From Microthyrium microscopicum (taxonomy: Eukaryota), in NCBI GenBank assembly GCA_010405405.1, contig MU004239.1, positions 186,001 to 250,000 of the forward strand: DNA of 64,000 nucleotides, in the 5' to 3' direction. A model generated the notes under the pieces. It was not told the origin of the DNA, ran no database searches, and saw only the letters and a list, made by a program, of their open reading frames with translations. The number at the start of each line of letters is the position of its first letter. The stretch's first letter is position 1. Shown in pieces: positions 47,818 to 60,519 of this stretch. A program made the position numbers and the translations under genes.

Positions 47818-50800
47818 ATGAGCAAATTTGTGAAGAAATTCCACGACTTGACACATCGAAAAGAACGGGATGAAGAGAATGCGGTACAGAAAGATCCTCA
47901 TTCCAAAGCTGGTGGAACTATTGTGCCCGCAGAAAGTATGTTCTTTGGCGGAGTTGTGGCATACTGAAACTCATCGACTGTAGATCAAAATGTTCAGAAG
48001 GTAGTCCAACCTACCGCTAGCTCGAGTACCCATATAAATGTAGTCGAAGACAAGAACGCCCAGCAGCATGATAGCCTAGCTTCAAGACCACCAGCTTCAG
48101 TAAAGGCCACCGAGTCACCTAATAGTGCTTCTATCGCTGCGGTGGCACAAAATGATGCTCAAACGCACGACAAGCATGAGCCAGAGCCGACCACTTTACT
48201 AAAGCCCAACGAGTCCGTCTTAAGTTCCTCTACTGCTCCGGCCGCGGACTCTAGCAATGATATGGCTCCTGACGCAGAGATTGGAGACGAGAGAACTGCA
48301 AACTCCTTTTCTCAAGCCCTCTGGGACGATGCCTACGACAGCATCAAGGACGAAGAACTTTTGCAAAACTACAATGCCGTTTTGAGGCGATATTTTGAAG
48401 GAGATAATAAGAAGGACATTTCAGTAGCCGAAGCTATCGAGATATCTGCCAAACTCAACAAGCGATCTGAGCGACAACGGTACATGGAGGATTTAGTTGC
48501 AAGCGGTAAAGCCAGAATTGAAAAGTCGTCAAAAGTGTCAAAAGTCGTGGGCGATGTTGCCAACGGGATCCTCGTACTCAAGCCAGTAATGGAGATAGTG
48601 CTGAAGGTACCTCAAGCCGCACCTGCTGCACTTCCATGGGCTGGAGTATGCGTTGGTCTTGAGGCTAGTTTCCTGACCTTATGTACAATGTAATTGTGCT
48701 AATATAATTTAGATGTTGGGAAATCCGGGGAAGGCTACCGCTGCCAATGTTGATGGCATGACGCATGTCGTAAACAGAATGGAGTGGTATTCCTTGATCA
48801 GCGAGAATCTATTGCAACCAAGCAAAGAAGATTCTAGAGCTGCTTCACTCAATTCGATTCTTCAAAATTTGACGCCAAGGGTTGTGCAGCTGTTCCAGTC
48901 CATACTGATGTTCCAGATGAAGAGCATATGTTCCTACTACAGGAATCTAGGCTACAATTTTCTGCTTCAGATGGTCAATCATGATGACTGGGAGGCCTCG
49001 AAGAAAAGCATCATTAAAGCGGAGGAAGATCTACTTCGCGATTGGAAGAAATATGACGAGCTTAAAGCGAGCAAAGTCTCGGAAGAGCTTCTTGAACTTA
49101 CCGGAAAGGTGGAAGCACTGCTTGGTGATATCAGTCAAACTCTCGGGGAGTTGATTGTCGAGGAGAAGCAAATGCACTCTGAGGAGAAGATCAGTCAGTG
49201 TCTTCGAGATCTTCTACTCGTGAGCCCTATGGATAACATGGATCGAATTGAAGACGACAAGGAAAAGCTTGTCGACGCTGCGTATCAATGGATCTTCAGC
49301 AACAAAGAATATACTAAATTCACAAATTGGACCGATCTATCTTTGTTACAAAATCGACTTTTGTGGATCAAAGGTGACGCTGGAACTGGGAAGACTATGC
49401 TCTTGATGGGTATCATTCGACAACTTTCGGGGTCAGCGGCAGTATTCTCGCCGAGTTTGTCCTATTTTTTCTGTCAAAGCAAGGACAAGACCACAGTGCC
49501 ATTGAATAGCCTCACTGCTGCTTTGAGAACCCTGATATGGGTGTTGGTCATGCAACAGCCAAAACTTATACCGCACTTGCAAAAACAATACGAGAGTCGA
49601 GGTAAAAAGTTGTTTACCAATATGGATGCACAACAAGCAATGCTCCGGATCTTCGAAAACATGCTGAAAGACGCCGAGCCGGTCTACTTTATTGTTGACG
49701 CACTAGATGAGTGCGAAGAAGGCTTGGACGCCTTCATCGAGCTGATAGCTACCTCGCTTTACCTATCGCCAAACGTAAGATGGCTCATCTCAAGTCGGCG
49801 GGAAGTCAACCTCGTAGAGAAAATGATGCTGCAGATGAAATCCGGTCGATTGAACAAGGTCCCACGAAAGGATGGCGCTATTAGCGCCAGTCTTCAGGAG
49901 ATCCACATACAGTCTCAGCAAGAGAGAGTAACGAGATATATTGACCAAAAGCTGGATGATCTTACGCGTTCCGAGTTTGGCGAGACATATACTGAAGACA
50001 TTCTCAAAGTTGTCAAGAAGGAAATCTCACAGCGTACCGAGGACAACTTGTTGTGGGCTTATTTGGTATTTGAAGATCTCAAAATTATGGGCGGAGACGA
50101 TGCGGTCAAAAACATCACAGACTACCCGCCTGGATTGTCAAAATTATACGATCACAAAATGACCAACCTTCGCGATGGAGGAACGAAACATCTGGAATGG
50201 TGCTATGATGTATTGGTCATAACCTCTCTCGCATATCGGCCACTTGCTCTTCACGAAATCAGTGCTCTTGTCCCGTGGTCCACCAAGCTACACCCGCGCA
50301 CCATTGTCAGCCAGTGCAAGGCATTCGTTGCAATCAATCAAGATAAATTGGTGACATCGGTTCATAAATCGGCTCGGGATTACATTCTTGATGTCTACAA
50401 TGAGTTCAACGGTGGCAATATCCATGGTCACGTAGACATTGCGGAATGCTCTCTCAGTGCACTGAGGACCACCCTCAAAACTCGAAATGTATACGGCCTC
50501 AAGCATTATGGGATCACAAAACAGGACGTGAAACGTCCGGAACAAGCAAAGGATCCTCTAGCGCCCATCGAGTATTCTTGTGTATACTGGGCTGAACATC
50601 TTTGCGTGGTGGACTACAGTGATGCTAGGCGCCTAGAAGAAGTCATGAAAGAAGTGAAACTTTTGGAGTTCCTCAATGAATGCTTCTTGTTCTGGCTTGA
50701 GAGTTTGTCCCTCCTAGGGCAAGTGGCTGAAGGATCGCGAGCATTGAGGAAATTGGAGAGCATTGTCAAGGTATGGCTCCCACTGCAACCTATATTTTAC

Positions 50801-53117
50801 AACCACTTACAATCCATAGAATCAAAAAAGTGTCAATCCCGGCCTACTTAATTCTGTGGACGATGCTGGGCAATTCATTCTTCATAATGCATCCATGATA
50901 ACAAGGCTTCCACTGCAGACGTACGCCTCAGCACTTGCTTTCAGCCCAGCTGGAAGTAGCATCAGAGAAAAGCAATGGCGACTGCGCTCTCCCGGTATTG
51001 TCGACGTGAAAGGGTCTCAACGTTCTTGGAGTCACCTCATGCAAACTGTGATGAATGACGACAAAGACATAGCCCCGTTCGTCGGAGTTGTCTTTTCACA
51101 TGATAATTTATCTCTTGCGACAATATCAAATACCGGGGCGATCATGACCTGGGATGTCATTACGGGCCAATTGAAGCAAGCCATAACGTCAAACACAGAT
51201 CATTATTCACTTCGAACGGAGACTCCTGAAAAGTTTCCAGAATGTTTCCCGCAGGGCATAGATTTCTCTCCTGATGATAGTATATTGGCTGCCATTTCGA
51301 TGACGGACACTTCAGTCCGGCTATGGAATGTTGAGACTGCCAAGCTGGAGAAGACCTTAGAAAACAAAGAGAATCCTGATGAGCCATTTCATCTCGTGGC
51401 GTTCTCACCAAATGGCTTCTTTCTTGCTACTGCTTCCAACACGCAAATACAACTGTGGAACCTTGCCACAACCTCTTGCGAAAGAGTGTGGACAGGCATC
51501 ACACAAGCCGTCGCTTTTTCAGCAGACTCTACGTTACTTGCTACTGGACTAGAAGAGAGTGGCAGTTATCCTATTAAAATTTGGAACGCTATTGCTGGTG
51601 ATCTGGAAGGCTCAGCCATGCACGGCCACCGGACCGCAATCACTACACTCGCTTTCTCGCCAGATTTGGAGAAGAAGCTCCTGGCGTCCGGCTCAGACGA
51701 GAGCTCTGTGAGGGTTTGGGATATATCAACTTGTTTACAACAGGATATTCTCGAAGACAAGTACGAGAAATTTAGCAATGGCGCCATGAAAATGCTAGCC
51801 TTCGCCCGGGATGGAAAAGAGCTTGTGTCCTGGCAGCAATACGGCGTGAGTTTATGGGATATGAGCACGATGCGCAAAGTGAAAAAGATTGCTGACTTCG
51901 CGGTCACCATATCACCTGTTGCTATTTCTGCTGACACAAAGACCGTTACAGCTTGTCACGGTCGTAGCTTCAAGTTCTGGCATACCAATGTCGCAGGAGA
52001 CAACCCATCGTCAGGACCAGGCGATTCGTTTCTGCCCAGTGAACATGTCTTCGGGATGGCCTTTTCTCCAGATGGTGGCAAACTTGCCTTGGGGACACGG
52101 CAAACCGTTTACATTTGGGATGTTGTGAAGAATGCCCTTGATCATATTCTTGATAAGACTTGGACAATGGCTTTTGACAAGCTGTTCTTTTCTTCGGATG
52201 GTATGACTCTTGCAGTCTTGCTAATCGAGCCTGATGTTGATATGGATACAAATGCAATTCAACTCTATGATGTGAGAACCAAGGCCAAAGGACCAAAGCT
52301 GGATTGGTTGAAAGGCACAACAGTAACCATTTCAATCGATCATTCGATGCTTGCAGCAATAAGCACTAATGAGAGCATTCAGCTCTGGAATATGTCCGCT
52401 AGTACAGGCACTAAAGTGAGACTTCCAGGCACTATACATGGAAAGCTTGCATTTTCTCCAAATGGCAGACATTTAGCCTGTCTGATAGGTGATACAATCA
52501 CAATATGGGATGACTCAGGAGCTTGTGTCAACACGCTAGCAAGCGTTATATCAGAGATTACGAGACCTGACAGAATCCACTACTTTGCCATCTCCCCTGG
52601 ATGCGATAACATCGCCATTGTGGGCAATTTTTGGGGTTATTTTCCTTCTCGGTGGAATTTGGGGCTTGTGGATCGAAATGGTTCTGTGACCAATTTGGGC
52701 GACGTCAAGCTATTTTATAACAAGGTCGCATTTTCCAACAGCGGAGGCATTCTCGCGGCACAGACAGGCAAAGATATCCAATTTTGGAACGTGGCCGTTG
52801 ATCCACCTGAATTGCTTTGCAGCGTTGCTTCGTCTCAACATGTCTCGCATTTGTCTTTCTCAGCAGACGACTCGACGTTAAACACAAACATGGGACCAAT
52901 GAAGACACCGTTGGGGACGAACGAAGTTCTGACAAGTGATAAGGGAACAAAGTTGGCGATACAGGATGGCTGGATTGTTCAAGGCGAGCCATTGATATGG
53001 GTTCCTACTGAATATCGACCTGACCCGTTGCAAGACCCGGTTATGGTTTCTGGCGATCGAATGGTAATAGCACACAATAAGGAAGGCTGCTCTTTGTTCC
53101 ATATTTCGAGCGGATAG
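47818..53117 (+). CDS. NLR-like NACHT-WD40 (NWD) protein; introns 47936-47983, 48664-48712 (probable GC donor), 50771-50819
   Basis: LWDDAYDSIK, ALPWAGVC (NWD N-terminal domain), Walker A LLWIKGDAGTGKT, Walker B VYFIVDALDEC, YSCVYWAEHL, WLESLSLLG, multiple AFSPD...W-D/N repeats. Confidence 0.9.
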
Positions 53118-53372
53118 AGCATTATCTGGAGTCATTTAGGAATCATTCGCCTTTATTCACGAAGCTAGGTCATGATTACTGATATGTAACTCTTGACACT
53201 TTTCGCTTGTCATTGATGAGAAGCTTTCTCAAACTCTTATCGTTCATCTTCTCCAAGACTATTATCGATATCATCAACACACATCTTGACTCGTCCATTT
53301 TAATGCAGCCCCAGAGTGGCATTACTGGATCTGACATCGTCAAATATGGCCCCGTGTTGTACACTTCCACTT

Positions 53373-54575
53373 TCAAGTTTGATTTCTCCTTTTCCCTGGA
53401 TCCACGCCTTCAGACTTTGCCTTTTGCTTTTCGACCAGCATTTTCTTCCATCTCCGAGTATCTGCCTTGTTTACTTGGTCTACAGGAATCTCCAGAGCTT
53501 TCGCTACATGCTCTGACCGTCGTTTATCCTTGAGCCACCATTTTTTCTTCAGCTTTTTGAGACCCAATGCCTCCCATTGCCGGAAGCTTTCTATAGTGAC
53601 TCGATGGCAAGCTATTCCAAGATCCTTTGCTACCTGCTCTTTCATGTAAGTTCCGTATACGCCGACCGGCTTACTAAACCCATGCGCAGCGCTCTTGTCA
53701 AAGGTGAAGAAGATCTCGTGCATCTCTCGCTTGTCTTTTTCGGCAGCAGCATCCTCAATCCCATTCAACGCGACGTCACTCCCGTCTTGACGAGGCGATC
53801 CTCTGCGAACCCGCTTGCTCTCGGAACTCAAATTCGACTTTGAGTTCGCCGTTTGAGGTTCAATCTGTCCTGCAGGCGTGGACGTGTGATGAATGCGTTT
53901 ACGCTTGTTCGACTTTTCAGCTCTCCATTTTATCTGCATCTCTGCCAGCCTAGCTTTCTTTTCCTGATCCCGAGCTTCTTTCTCAGCAACCCGCTGCGCT
54001 TTCAACCACCCATGTCTACTCGGCTTCTCATATCCCAGTTTCTCCCATATTAGAAAACTCTCCATCGTAACCTCGTGGCGCGTCATTCCAAGATCCTTTG
54101 ATACCCATTGTTTCATGTGGTGCTCGTACTTCTTGCTTAGCCCCTGCTCCACGTTGAAAGCCCTGGGATTGAAGAATATCTCGTGCAATCCACGGGGAGC
54201 TCGTGCCGCCTTCTCAACGGCTGCTTTAGCGGCAGCCAGCTGTTCTGCTGTAGGGGTCGACTTTCCAACCTTCACCTTGGGCGTAAAATGATTATGATCG
54301 ACTGGCCCGGGAGGAACTGGACTATCTCTGTAAGATGTACGACGCCCAGTGCTATCCCATCTCCAAAGATATCTAGGCTGTCGGCTAACAAGGCCATGCG
54401 GAGCTAGTTTCCTGTGCGTATTGAATTCCCGTATCAACTGATTGATGCTTTCCTGATAAGGCCTGTCTTCTTCATCTTCCGAGTTCATAATCGCTCTGAT
54501 GTGTTTAGCGGTATCCTCGTCTAGAGCTGCAAAGCCATGTTTTGCATAGCGATATCGCGTTAAGTATGTAGCCAT
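53373..54575 (-). CDS. Hypothetical protein, RYAKHGFAGL family (N+C+C)
   Basis: RYAKHGFAAL...SPVPPGPVDHNH; two C modules: HEIFF...MKQWVSKDLG...VTMESFLIWE and HEIFF...MKEQVAKDLG...VTIESFRQWE. Confidence 0.8.
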   Translation of the reverse strand: MATYLTRYRYAKHGFAALDEDTAKHIRAIMNSEDEEDRPYQESINQLIREFNTHRKLAPHGLVSRQPRYLWRWDSTGRRTSYRDSPVPPGPVDHNHFTPKVKVGKSTPTAEQLAAAKAAVEKAARAPRGLHEIFFNPRAFNVEQGLSKKYEHHMKQWVSKDLGMTRHEVTMESFLIWEKLGYEKPSRHGWLKAQRVAEKEARDQEKKARLAEMQIKWRAEKSNKRKRIHHTSTPAGQIEPQTANSKSNLSSESKRVRRGSPRQDGSDVALNGIEDAAAEKDKREMHEIFFTFDKSAAHGFSKPVGVYGTYMKEQVAKDLGIACHRVTIESFRQWEALGLKKLKKKWWLKDKRRSEHVAKALEIPVDQVNKADTRRWKKMLVEKQKAKSEGVDPGKRRNQT

Positions 54576-54981
54576 TAGGGCTGATCAGTGTCATCATCAA
54601 TCAGATTAGAGAAGTAGATAGTAGCTAGATAGTGAATTGGTGATAACGTGAGAAGTTGAAACACAGTTCAAGGTCACCGCAAGCGCTCGTTATCTCGGCC
54701 AATTGCCTTGCGTGAGCGGTTTTCGTACGCAAGCATGTATATGCCTGTTTGCGAAATGTATAATATCCCACCAGTTGACCTGAGTTTGAGATCAAGATTG
54801 TAAAGGAGTTGGTATGATTTTGCCGCGTTATGCCCTGCGTACATGCCATAGCCGCGGCGCGTCTGTACCTCCTCACTGCCGATGACCGTGGCCATTGCGC
54901 GCTGACTCCTATCCGTCACGCAGGAATAGCACTTCGCAGATCAGCACATCTGGCACGAGAAATTGCCATCAATCATCACAA

Positions 54982-56139
54982 ATGTCTGCCCATCTCAACC
55001 TCGCCAACCAAAATTTCTTCCGCGAACTATGTGAGTGCAACAGCGATGTTGATCCCGCAGAACTACGCAGTCGCTGTTTGAAGGGGCTTGAAAACCTCGA
55101 CGTAAGCAAACTGATAGAATCGACCACCGCACTCGTAGCTGGAGAGCTTCAGCGTGCGAGAACAGCGAAGCAATTGCGCAAAATAAAACAGCGAGATGCT
55201 GCTATACGCAAGCTCCGGCGGAAGCAGATAAGGGCGAAGAGGCGCTTGGCGAGAGAAACAACCATTCATCTCGACAATCCAGCGTCTGATGAGGATGACA
55301 CGCTAGTAGCCAGCATCGAACAACCAACCAAATCTACACTCACGCAAGCGGACCTCGAATTCGACTACGATAGAAACAGAATGCGCGATCGCCGATTGTC
55401 TCCGGGTCGCGTCAATCGTCCTCGACACGGTGACTGGGATTTAACGCACGATTTCAAATCGAAATTTTCCATACCACAGCCTTCTCTTCCTTCTTCGAGC
55501 GGCGACCTTAGCGGCGATAAGCAGAAATCGGCAAGAAGCTTTCCCCAGGAGGACTTCTACGATTACTTGAAATATGTGGATCCAGCACACCATAACTACG
55601 ATTTGTATGCCTGTCACCGTAAAGGTCGCGACGGCTCACCATCGTATGATAATGCCGGGTATCAACTCGACTGGGAAAAGGTTGATGGATGGATGAAATC
55701 AGATAAAAAGGTGTCCGAGATGCGCTTTGATAACGGGAAAAAGACCATTGCAGAACAGGACAGGATGAACAGAGAAGAAAGATGGGCGTACAGTCAGAAT
55801 CGCCTTGATACGGATAATCGTGAGATGGAATATATCTTTTTCTCGCGTGGACTACCAAACGCTCCGGTGTCTGACTACGAGTTTTACATGAGGGATCGAG
55901 TGTCCAAAGATCTTGGCGTTCCCTATCACCAGGTCACCATAAAGACTTTCCAACGGTGGGAACGACGGCTGGAGCGGAAAATGATTGACAAGCCTGATTG
56001 GAAGAGGTGGTGGCGGCGTGACCCTAGTGATGAGGATAAAGCGAGGGAGCATAGGATGAGGATGAATGCTCATCTCAGAAAGGATGTGCAAACGGAATGG
56101 GTGAACAACCACTGGGTTATCGTAAAGGATACTGATTGA
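54982..56139 (+). CDS. Hypothetical protein, DLEFDY family (M+C)
   Basis: LTQADLEFDYDRNRMRDRRLSPGRVNRPR, CHRKGRDGSPSYDNAGYQLDWEKVD, YIFF...MRDRVSKDLGVPYHQ. Confidence 0.8.
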   Translation: MSAHLNLANQNFFRELCECNSDVDPAELRSRCLKGLENLDVSKLIESTTALVAGELQRARTAKQLRKIKQRDAAIRKLRRKQIRAKRRLARETTIHLDNPASDEDDTLVASIEQPTKSTLTQADLEFDYDRNRMRDRRLSPGRVNRPRHGDWDLTHDFKSKFSIPQPSLPSSSGDLSGDKQKSARSFPQEDFYDYLKYVDPAHHNYDLYACHRKGRDGSPSYDNAGYQLDWEKVDGWMKSDKKVSEMRFDNGKKTIAEQDRMNREERWAYSQNRLDTDNREMEYIFFSRGLPNAPVSDYEFYMRDRVSKDLGVPYHQVTIKTFQRWERRLERKMIDKPDWKRWWRRDPSDEDKAREHRMRMNAHLRKDVQTEWVNNHWVIVKDTD

Positions 56140-56497
56140 AGGGCATCATGAGAGCTCGGGATAGGCTATGAGACATGAATATCGTACACGAGTTCACTGA
56201 GTAAACACGCCGAAGAACTATTTTTGAATACTCAAGGAACGCATTGTAGAGCTAAAGTATTTAGTAGTGCTCCATTCAATACTAGCAAATGATTAACATT
56301 ATCGGTATCAGGCTGACGGGTATTGGCTGACCAATCAAATATTTCATCCGTGTTGACGCGCCCCTTGCTTTGACGCGTCCATTCTAATCGTCGCGTCGTT
56401 CCTATCATTATCACCTTAGCTAACAAGTCGCCCATGTTATCTACCTAGGTACTTGTAAAGATTGTCACACTCTTCGTCTTTCAACCTCTCAATAAAT

Positions 56498-57466
56498 ATG
56501 TGTGATCATGAAACACAATACCGCTACGCGAAGCACGGATTTGCAGGCCTTGATAAATCGGACGCTCGGGAGGTCAGACTGGTGATGGCCTCTGAATGTG
56601 AAAAGGACAAGGAATACGCCAGAAGAATAGAGGCCCTGATCAGAAGGTTTGCCGCAGAGAGGAAGTCGAACGCTATTGCCAGAGCTGCTGGTAAAACGGT
56701 TCATCCTCCTTGGATCTGGAAGCGCCATTCATATGGAAGAGATGGACGAACAAGGGTCGAGGATTCTCCAGTACCAGAGGGCCCAATTGACCACAGCCAT
56801 CATGATCCAGTGCTTACTGACATGGCCCGGACGAGGTACGACAAAGACGTCGCCGAATACAAGCTACTACGCGGAAGATCGGAGCATCTCAGTCCATCCA
56901 AATCTAATGAAAAGATTAGTCTCCCTGCCGACGAGACAAGCCCTTTGGCTAAAGGCCCCGCCATGGAAGCACCCGACGACAGTCGATGGATGGAAGAGAT
57001 ATTCTTCAAGAATGGCAAGCGCTGCAATTTTGGACAAAAAGAACGCTCTCTATTTGAACCCTATATGAAAGCACGTGTATCGAAAGATCTTTTCATTCCT
57101 GCCTACCGAATCACACATGAAAGTTTCCTGGTCTGGGAGAAGAAAGGATTCGACAAGCCTCGTTGTAAGGGGTGGTTGAAAAAGCAACAACGTAGAGAAA
57201 GGGCAGAGCTTAAGGTACGCTTGGAACGTCCGGAATGTACAGAAACCCAACTGCGCATAGAACGTTTAGAAATTGCGTCGCGGCAACGTCAGATGCAGGC
57301 TTTTCGTGACGGGGATCCATCATATCAGCGGAAATTGAAGAGACGGAGTGCGCAGAGAAAAGAAAGAAAACTAAACAGGCAAACAGCACAATCCCACAAG
57401 CAAAGGCAGAAGTCGAAACAAATTGGACATGACGGAGGCAAAGAAAATGGCGGTGAACTTTTCTGA
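56498..57466 (+). CDS. Hypothetical protein, RYAKHGFAGL family (N+C)
   Basis: YRYAKHGFAGLD...SPVPEGPIDHSH...EEIFF...MKARVSKDLFIP...ITHESFLVWEKKGFDKP. Confidence 0.8.
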   Translation: MCDHETQYRYAKHGFAGLDKSDAREVRLVMASECEKDKEYARRIEALIRRFAAERKSNAIARAAGKTVHPPWIWKRHSYGRDGRTRVEDSPVPEGPIDHSHHDPVLTDMARTRYDKDVAEYKLLRGRSEHLSPSKSNEKISLPADETSPLAKGPAMEAPDDSRWMEEIFFKNGKRCNFGQKERSLFEPYMKARVSKDLFIPAYRITHESFLVWEKKGFDKPRCKGWLKKQQRRERAELKVRLERPECTETQLRIERLEIASRQRQMQAFRDGDPSYQRKLKRRSAQRKERKLNRQTAQSHKQRQKSKQIGHDGGKENGGELF

Positions 57467-57615
57467 GAAACTCTGACAGGCTCAAACTTACTCTAGCACT
57501 TCCCTACCCCACTATCGTAATGTCCATTGGTATTTCTTCTCAATATCTTTTGATCAGAATTGAGGTCTATCACTTAATTCAAATGATACATGTGGCGAGC
57601 ATCTGTCCTTAAATC

Positions 57616-60373
57616 ATGGGTGCACTCCCTGACTTTGTTAATTTGAATGCATATCGCCGATACAAGCAAGATACAGATATCGTAGCCACATGGCTCGCAA
57701 CAACTGCAGAACAGCTTGGTTACTCAACTGAGACCTTGAAAGGCACTAAAAAGGTGCAAAAGAGTCAGCGTCTCAAAGGAAAGGCCCGAAAGTTAGCAAA
57801 AGAGGCTGCTACTCAATCTGCAGCAACAACTACTGCTTCCCCTGAGGCAGCGATTCCAAATTACACGATAGCAGTATCTGATTTTGCACTCCTTGCTGAG
57901 TACATTTCTGAAAAACAAGGATTTCTAGTCCCAGGACACATATCAGGAGCTCTCAACCGAGCAATCAAGCTACGGAAAGGTCACAATATCTTTTATGCCA
58001 GCCAAACCAATGACGGAGTCATCGACGCAGAAGAGGATGATAAGCGGCATCAACATTTTGTTGAGATCTTGGAACAAGCTAGAGATTTACTCAATCTAGG
58101 GCCATCCAATGAGTCTATTGCTTCTGCAAGCCAAACAAATAGGCACACCTCTTCCCAAATTGAAGATGATGAACTCGTCTTTAACAACATGTTCCAAGGT
58201 TTGAATGTTGAAGAACCATCGGATGAATTCCTCAATGCACCAGCTAAGCCAATGGCTGCGACACCAAGTGCGATCTACCATGTGGACTCATCGGCTGATA
58301 CTTTGGATCTGTATCTTGCAATTGCCGCATTACTACATGATCTGGCTAGCATTCGCAACGCGATTCAGCAGATTTGGAGTCAGTATGCTCAAGGACAAAT
58401 TAGTCTGATCTCGGCTTCGGTAACTACCAACACTGCGATACAGCTTGCGGGTCAGCTAGAAGAACAGTTCATCAAGGATTATCCCGCCGAGAAAGACACT
58501 GGACTCGCCCGTGAGAAATTCCTCAAGTTTCAGTACATGATGCTTGGAGAAGACTTCAGAGCCAATGCAAGGCCCGGAGAGTCTATCAATGTCAACCGCT
58601 ACGACTTGGTGGACTTTACACTTACAAACACACGACTGATTCTCAGAGGATTTGGAAAAGTGTGCAAAGACGCGAAGGGCGCTCATCCGTTGTTCAAAAA
58701 CGGATTCTTTGGTGTTTATAATCCATTAGCAGACCGATCCAAGATGACTGGCTTTCAAAAGTTCGACGAGGATAAAATTCTTCTCTTGGAAATGATGCCC
58801 GACATTCTACTATTTGTCTATCAATGGGAGCTCACAGGGTGTGATGAGTTCACAAGAAAAGTTTACGACTTCTGCAAAAACTATGAAGAATCGCTGTTGC
58901 TTGACTTTGTGGCCCAAATATTTTTATTGATTCATCATACTTTGCGTGAACGTGTTGGGATGGCTTGGAAAACATTTTCAACTTATGCTCGCAATTGCGA
59001 AGACTCCATCAAGGAGAGCATGGCTTTTCATAACGGCCAAACGAATCCAAATTGGCCACAGGAATACCACATGATGCTGCGAGAATGGGCACGCAAACTT
59101 GGAGACATCGTGCTTGACAACGCCATCCAGACTGACAAAAATAGACATGTAAGTCGATTAACCTTAACACGATACGAAAACTAATTCGAGATTAGACCAT
59201 AAATAACGGATGGGTACGTCATAGTTTCTCCTTCTTGAAATTTCCGTGTCAGGTTTTCCGAGCGAACATCTCTGCAGATATTGGATTTGGCTTCGAGTCA
59301 ACTCAATATCAAGATCCAAGAGGGCCAAAGGCAGGACCGTTTACTACTACGCCTCCTTGAACTACAAATCATGTTTCAGTGACTAATATGAACATCAGTA
59401 TCCCGAACCCTACACACCATACCAATTCTATATCAATCATCCTTGGCTCTGCGGCTCTCTTCTATTCGGAACGAAGATGGAGATGCAAGAACTTGGCTTA
59501 GGACTCAGTAATGCGTGGGGCTCAATCAAGTTTGCGGCGCACATTTACAATGCAGCTAGGCAAGAGAAACTCCTAGAAGGACACTGGGAAGATATGGAGC
59601 TTGCGCTACGTTTCTACGGTCATCAGAATATATTCGTAGGCAGTGAGCCCAAACAGCCCGAGGATTACTACAGGCGTTGGTGTCTAGCCATGGGCTATTC
59701 AGCGCAAAACTTCGCCAAAGGTAAACGTCAAACCCAAAAGTTCATTCCGTCCAGCAAGGGACCTCGTGGACAGCTCGAATCACGACATATCACTCCTTTG
59801 GCTGATCAACTTCGATTTGGCTACACGCTGTTAGATCGCAAAAAGGCGGCGCCAAGTCTAGAAACTGTTCTCAAGACATGTTTTGACAAGGTCGCGGCTG
59901 CCGGGGGCAACAGCATTGCTGTAGATGATTTCCTTAAGTCTCAGAATTCACGAACCAGGAAACATCTGACCAAACAGTTCTCACTAGCTGAATTGCTACA
60001 GATCTTCTGTGCTGGGCTAGTGGACGAGGAATTGGCACTGACCTTTGATCACTTCCACCTCCATCGTACCGCATGGGACGTACTTCGGGACATTCACAAG
60101 GCAACTGATGCTGATCTCTCACAATACTACGGGGCAGGCTACTTAGAAACCGAGAGTCAGCTTCCGTTTATGATTGGTTATATTTTCATGACAGCCATTG
60201 ATGCGAAGAAGCTGGCTGGATTCCTATTGCCAAAGAAAGGAGACGTTATCAGTTCTAAACTGTTGGCACAGGCTGCGGAGGTATTTTCGGAGATGATTGA
60301 CTCTGACATTGGTCAGTCAGAAATCAAAGTCTTGCAGGACAAGTACAGCATGGCTTTAGAGTACGAAGAGTAA
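57616..60373 (+). CDS. DUF6604-like fungal protein; introns 59149-59195 and 59214-59398 around an 18-nt microexon
   Basis: N-terminal YRRYKQDTDIVATWLATTA...RLKGKARK...RAIKLRK...HQHFVEIL, NNMFQGLNVEEPS; C-terminal HPWLCG, AHIYNA, WEDME, YLETESQLPF. Confidence 0.75.
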
Positions 60374-60519
60374 GACACCGTTCAGCAAGTAGACGACTTG
60401 AGTTCTCTTCGATACAGGCAGATAAAATTCTTACGGTAGCTCGAGCTGTGAAAGGATAATGGAAGCTCCTATGTGTACACCAGAGGTTTCCGTAAGAGTT
60501 TGAGATCTTCGACAATCAA

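Noticed and set aside
47818..48300. Possible amyloid signalling motif at the NWD N-terminus
   Set aside because: The region is S/A/P/E-rich and disordered, with no N/Q/G pseudo-repeats, and no adjacent HeLo/HeLL gene was seen.
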